A stretch of 64,000 nt of DNA from an uncultured Gammaproteobacteria bacterium. GTDB lineage: Bacteria > Pseudomonadota > Gammaproteobacteria > GCA-001735895. The notes below the pieces were generated by a model. It ran no database searches. It was not told the origin of the DNA and worked only from the letters and a program-made list of their open reading frames with translations. Location of the stretch: positions 38,897 through 102,896 of the forward strand of contig CAMYLU010000001.1 of the NCBI GenBank assembly GCA_947259485.1, in the 5' to 3' direction. Within the stretch, counting starts at the first letter, position 1. Every line of letters starts with the position of its first letter. A program made the position numbers and the translations under genes. Below are positions 60,140-64,000 of the stretch, in pieces.

Positions 60140-61123
60140 ATGAGCACGATGCGGGCATTTGTTATCAGCGAGCCGGGTGGTCCGGAAAAACTCGAGTTGA
60201 AAGAGATAGAGCGACCGGCAGTGAAGCCGGGATGGATCCTGATTCGTAACCGTGCCTTTGGCTTGAATCGTTCAGAATGGTTTACTCGACGGGGCGATTC
60301 TCCCTCGGTGACGTTTCCTCGCGTACTTGGAATTGAATGCGTAGGAGAAGTCGTTTCGGCAGCAGATGACGAGTTGACGGCCGGCCAGGCGGTTGCCGCA
60401 ATGATGGGCGGGATGGGGCGAGACTTTAACGGCTCCTACGCCGAATTTGTTCTGGTACCGCGTGATATTGTTTTTCCGATACAGTCTAAACTGGCCTGGC
60501 CGGTACTGGCTGCACTGCCGGAGATGCTGCAAACCGTTCATGGTTCGCTTTACACCGCGCTTGAAATCGGCAGCGCTCAAAACATCCTGATTCGGGGCGC
60601 GACCTCCTCGATCGGTTTTGCCAGCATTGCCGTCGCCAAAGCAGCCGGACTGGAGATCACCGCGACCACGCGTGACCTGGTCAAGGCGGACGAGCTTAGG
60701 GCTGCCGGTGCGGCCCATGTGATAGTAGACAAGGGTTCGGTTGCCGCGCAGGCACGCTCGATCTATACGGCAGGTTTCGATCGCGTACTCGAATTGATCG
60801 GCACCACTACCTTGCTCGATTCGCTGCATTCATCCCGCCCCGGTGGCATCGTCTGCATGACCGGAATTCTCGGAGGCGAGTGGGTTGTACCCGAATTTGC
60901 GCCGATGGATGCCATTCCGACGGGAGTTAAACTGACCAGCTACAGTGGGGGTGCCTCCGATATCACGCCTGCCCAGTTGCAGCATTATGTCAGCCTGGTT
61001 GAAGCTGGCGAGTTGAAAATCCGACTCGGTCCCCGATTCGTATTCACCGAGTTGCAACAGGCACATACCCTGATGGACGACAATCGCGCCAATGGCAAGA
61101 TCGTTGTAATGCTGGATCCATGA
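60140..61123 (+). CDS. MDR-family (quinone oxidoreductase-like) dehydrogenase
   Basis: PGGPE, GIECVG, GSYAE, RGATSSIG, GKIV. Confidence 0.88.
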   Translation: MSTMRAFVISEPGGPEKLELKEIERPAVKPGWILIRNRAFGLNRSEWFTRRGDSPSVTFPRVLGIECVGEVVSAADDELTAGQAVAAMMGGMGRDFNGSYAEFVLVPRDIVFPIQSKLAWPVLAALPEMLQTVHGSLYTALEIGSAQNILIRGATSSIGFASIAVAKAAGLEITATTRDLVKADELRAAGAAHVIVDKGSVAAQARSIYTAGFDRVLELIGTTTLLDSLHSSRPGGIVCMTGILGGEWVVPEFAPMDAIPTGVKLTSYSGGASDITPAQLQHYVSLVEAGELKIRLGPRFVFTELQQAHTLMDDNRANGKIVVMLDP

Positions 61124-61968
61124 CAACGAACATTTTAAGGATTGCTGCGTTCGCCGATGCCGGGCTCGGCGGTAACCCGGCCGGGGTCATGATTGCCGAT
61201 TCACTTCCCGACGACACCGAAATGCAACGCATTGCGGCCGAGGTGGGTTTTTCTGAAACCGCATTTGCGATGCCCGAGGGTGGCGCCTGGCGAGTACGTT
61301 ACTTCTCACCCGAATCGGAAGTTCCATTTTGCGGGCATGCGACCATCGCCCTCGGAGCGGCGTTGGCACTCAAACACGGCAACGCTGTGTTTAAGTTGAA
61401 ACTGAACCAGGCCGATATTACGGTCGAGGGGGAAAACAATGGTGGATCGCTATATGCGGCACTGCAGTCACCAGGTACGCGTAGCGCACCAATGTCCGCT
61501 GAACTATTAGCCGAGGTTTTGGCTTTGTTCGGTTACCGCGAAAGCGATCTCAATATGGAAATTCCACCGGCGCGCGTGCACGGCGGCGCGGATCATCTCG
61601 CGCTGTGTCTGCATTCACGCGCGGTGTTGTCGGCGATGCAATACGACCTTGACGCCGGGCGCGAACTGATGAACCGCGAGGGATTGATTACAATTCTGCT
61701 CGCCTACGCCGAAACACCGCGCCTGTTTCATACCCGCAATCCGTTTGCCTCGGGTGGCGTTTACGAGGATCCGGCTACCGGTGCTGCAACCGCTGCTTTT
61801 GCCGGGTATCTGCGCGACCTCGAATGGCCACACCAGGGATTCATTGAAATCATCCAGGGCGAAGACATGGGGATGCGTTCGCGTCTCAGGGCGGAATTCA
61901 GCGACGAAACTGGCAGTTCAATCCGGGTCTCCGGCAGCGCCCGCATTATGGAGGACTCATCCGCATGA
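61120..61968 (+). CDS. PhzF family epimerase/isomerase
   Basis: GGNPAGV, SETAF, FCGHAT, EDPATG. Confidence 0.92.
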   Translation: MTTNILRIAAFADAGLGGNPAGVMIADSLPDDTEMQRIAAEVGFSETAFAMPEGGAWRVRYFSPESEVPFCGHATIALGAALALKHGNAVFKLKLNQADITVEGENNGGSLYAALQSPGTRSAPMSAELLAEVLALFGYRESDLNMEIPPARVHGGADHLALCLHSRAVLSAMQYDLDAGRELMNREGLITILLAYAETPRLFHTRNPFASGGVYEDPATGAATAAFAGYLRDLEWPHQGFIEIIQGEDMGMRSRLRAEFSDETGSSIRVSGSARIMEDSSA

Positions 61969-62366
61969 AAATAACGATTGCCGGGCATCGCTTCAATGCC
62001 GTCTTCGAGGACGATAAATCACCTGCCAGCTGCGACGCGTTTCGCGCGGTTATGCCGTTCGAAAGCCAGGTAGTGCATGTGCGCTGGAGCGGTGAGGGCA
62101 TGTGGATACCCCTCGGTGACATGGACTTCGAGGTCGGTCACGAAGACGCGACCGCCTACCCTGCTGCCGGGCAAATCCTGTTGTATCCAAAGGCAAAAAG
62201 TGAAACCGAGATCCTGATCGCCTACGGCAGCGTCCAGTTTGCATCGAAGGCGGGTACCCTCGCCGGCAATCATTTCGCAACAATCACTTCCGATCTGGAA
62301 CAGCTGCGCAAAATAGGTGTTGCCACTCTCTGGGAAGGTGCCAAATCGATCCTGTTTGAAATTTGA
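61965..62366 (+). CDS. DUF3830 (cyclophilin-like) protein
   Basis: HVRWSGE, SETEIL, LAGNHF. Confidence 0.82.
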   Translation: MKITIAGHRFNAVFEDDKSPASCDAFRAVMPFESQVVHVRWSGEGMWIPLGDMDFEVGHEDATAYPAAGQILLYPKAKSETEILIAYGSVQFASKAGTLAGNHFATITSDLEQLRKIGVATLWEGAKSILFEI

Positions 62367-62854
62367 ATCAGCCCGACACCAGTATTGTAGAAATCAAGAC
62401 CACGCTTGCGGGAGAGCGCAAACAATTCGATTGTGAACTGTTAAAGTTCGCCCGGGGCGAGGTCGTGGTTATCTATCGAATGCCGCGCGATGTGCAGCTT
62501 GAGGACCTGTTGCTGCGCCAAGATTCCATCAGCATCGGCTATTTCTGGGAAGACCGTGCCTATAACGCGTATCACTGGATCGACGCGCAATGCCAAACAC
62601 TGGCGTTATACTTCAATATCTGCGATAACACCCGCATATCACGTCAACAGGTCGCATGGCGCGACCTGAGCGTGGATATTTTGATTACCCCTGACCTGCG
62701 TTGCCGAGTGCTGGATGAAGACGAATTACCCGATGACCTTGATAGCGACTTACGCGTCTATATCGAAAGCGCACGCGATGCCTTGTGCATCGATCCCGGG
62801 CGCCTGTTGCTGGAGTTCGAAGCGCGACGCCGGGAGCTGTTCCCGGGGGCCTGA
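62363..62854 (+). CDS. DUF402 family protein
   Basis: YFW..R.YN, YFNI, DL.VD, LDEDE. Confidence 0.8.
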   Translation: MNQPDTSIVEIKTTLAGERKQFDCELLKFARGEVVVIYRMPRDVQLEDLLLRQDSISIGYFWEDRAYNAYHWIDAQCQTLALYFNICDNTRISRQQVAWRDLSVDILITPDLRCRVLDEDELPDDLDSDLRVYIESARDALCIDPGRLLLEFEARRRELFPGA

Positions 62855-62856
62855 AC

Positions 62857-63495
62857 ATGGCGCTTGAACTCTGGCTTGCCTATGTCGCCACCAGCTCGGT
62901 GGTGCTGGCGATCCCCGGCCCGACCATACTGCTAGTATTGAGCTATGCCATCGCGCATGGGCGCAAAGGGACTTTGCCCGTAGTTATGGGAGTTGCGCTT
63001 GGCGATTCAGTTGCGATCACCCTGTCATTGATTGGCCTCGGTACCCTGCTCGCAACGTCGGCACTTTGGTTCACGATTATAAAGTGGATTGGCGGGTGCT
63101 ACCTGATCTACCTCGGCTTTACCCTGTTACGCAGCGCCGGCAAACCGATGCCCGTGCAGGCCCAACAGCAACCGGGGTCAGCACCGCTTAAGCTATTCGG
63201 CAACGCGTTTATCGTCACCGCGTTAAATCCCAAGAGCATCGTTTTTTTCATTGCCCTGCTGCCCCAGTTCATCAGCGCCGATCATCCGGTGATAACGCAA
63301 CTCTGGATCCTCGGGATAACCTTTGTCGTGCTCGCCACCATCGGTGCCACCAGTTATGCATTGTTTGCCGCCTCGATTCGGCGCTGGCTCTCGTCACCAC
63401 GCGCACAAAAGACCTATGGCATGGTCGGGGGCGGACTGTTGATGGGTGCAGGAGTTTGGGCCCTTACTGCAAAGCGTGTAATCTCCGCGACATGA
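62857..63495 (+). CDS. LysE/RhtB family translocator
   Basis: IPGP, G..YLIYLG, LNPKSIVFF..LPQF. Confidence 0.92.
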   Translation: MALELWLAYVATSSVVLAIPGPTILLVLSYAIAHGRKGTLPVVMGVALGDSVAITLSLIGLGTLLATSALWFTIIKWIGGCYLIYLGFTLLRSAGKPMPVQAQQQPGSAPLKLFGNAFIVTALNPKSIVFFIALLPQFISADHPVITQLWILGITFVVLATIGATSYALFAASIRRWLSSPRAQKTYGMVGGGLLMGAGVWALTAKRVISAT

Positions 63496-63623
63496 TGCGA
63501 AATAGTGTTATTAACGGTTTGATCTGCTTTTGCCTGCTGCTGGTGTTGTCCGGCTGTGGTAACAAGGGTCCCCTGGAGTTGCCAGAGGAAAAAGAGAAAA
63601 AGACCCAGGATAATACCGGTTAG
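63492..63623 (+). CDS. lptM: Small lipoprotein LptM/YifL (LppL)
   Basis: Manual translation [32 protein letters not shown]...; lipobox and CGxKGPL motif; upstream of lysA. Confidence 0.85.
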   Translation: MMRNSVINGLICFCLLLVLSGCGNKGPLELPEEKEKKTQDNTG

Positions 63624-63625
63624 CG

Positions 63626-64000
63626 ATGGACCATTTCGAATACAAGCAGGGGCAACTATACTGCGAAGACGTCGCGATTGCAGCGCTGGCCGAGCAATAC
63701 GGGACACCGCTATTCGTCTATTCGCGGGCGACGCTGGAACGCCACTGGCACGCCTTCGACAGTGCATTTGAAGGGCACGACCACCTGGTATGTTACGCCG
63801 TCAAGGCTAACTCGAGCCTGGCGGTTTTAAACCTGTTGGCGCGCCTCGGCTCGGGTTTCGATATCGTCTCCGGGGGTGAATTACAACGCGTGCTGCTGGC
63901 GGGAGGCAAGCCCGAAAGCATCGTATTTTCCGGGGTCGGCAAACTCGCGCACGAAATCGAAACCGCGCTGCAACGCGATATCCTTTGCTTTAACGTCGAA
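63626..64000 (+). CDS. lysA: Diaminopimelate decarboxylase (partial, runs off right edge)
   Basis: MDHFEY...[34 protein letters not shown]. Confidence 0.96.
   Translation, partial: MDHFEYKQGQLYCEDVAIAALAEQYGTPLFVYSRATLERHWHAFDSAFEGHDHLVCYAVKANSSLAVLNLLARLGSGFDIVSGGELQRVLLAGGKPESIVFSGVGKLAHEIETALQRDILCFNVE

Overview
A chromosomal segment from a Gammaproteobacterium. The left half (1-32.9 kb) is mostly housekeeping and metabolic. It carries mnmG, nfeD/SPFH, a metY/CoA-ligase/enoyl-CoA hydratase cluster, SET-domain and amidinotransferase genes, rhlE, an ALDH/dipeptidase/DUF3726 operon, c-di-GMP signalling genes, betC, hemYXDC, algR/algZ-like genes and argH. Between argH and lptM-lysA lies a fossilised sedentary integron. 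Its intI is a multiply broken pseudogene: catalytic Tyr->His, integron-specific domain deleted, a stop codon and frameshifts. The attI/promoter region has been deleted. About 20 related attC sites tend to decay with distance from intI while almost all cargo ORFs stay intact, and beyond ~50.5 kb cassette-like genes continue as an almost attC-free, operon-like run. Other unexplained structure: a three-copy intergenic hairpin element with compensatory stem changes, a structured rhlE leader, a decayed histidine-kinase remnant and an orphan encapsulin-type ferritin. All family names are recognised by eye, with no database searches.
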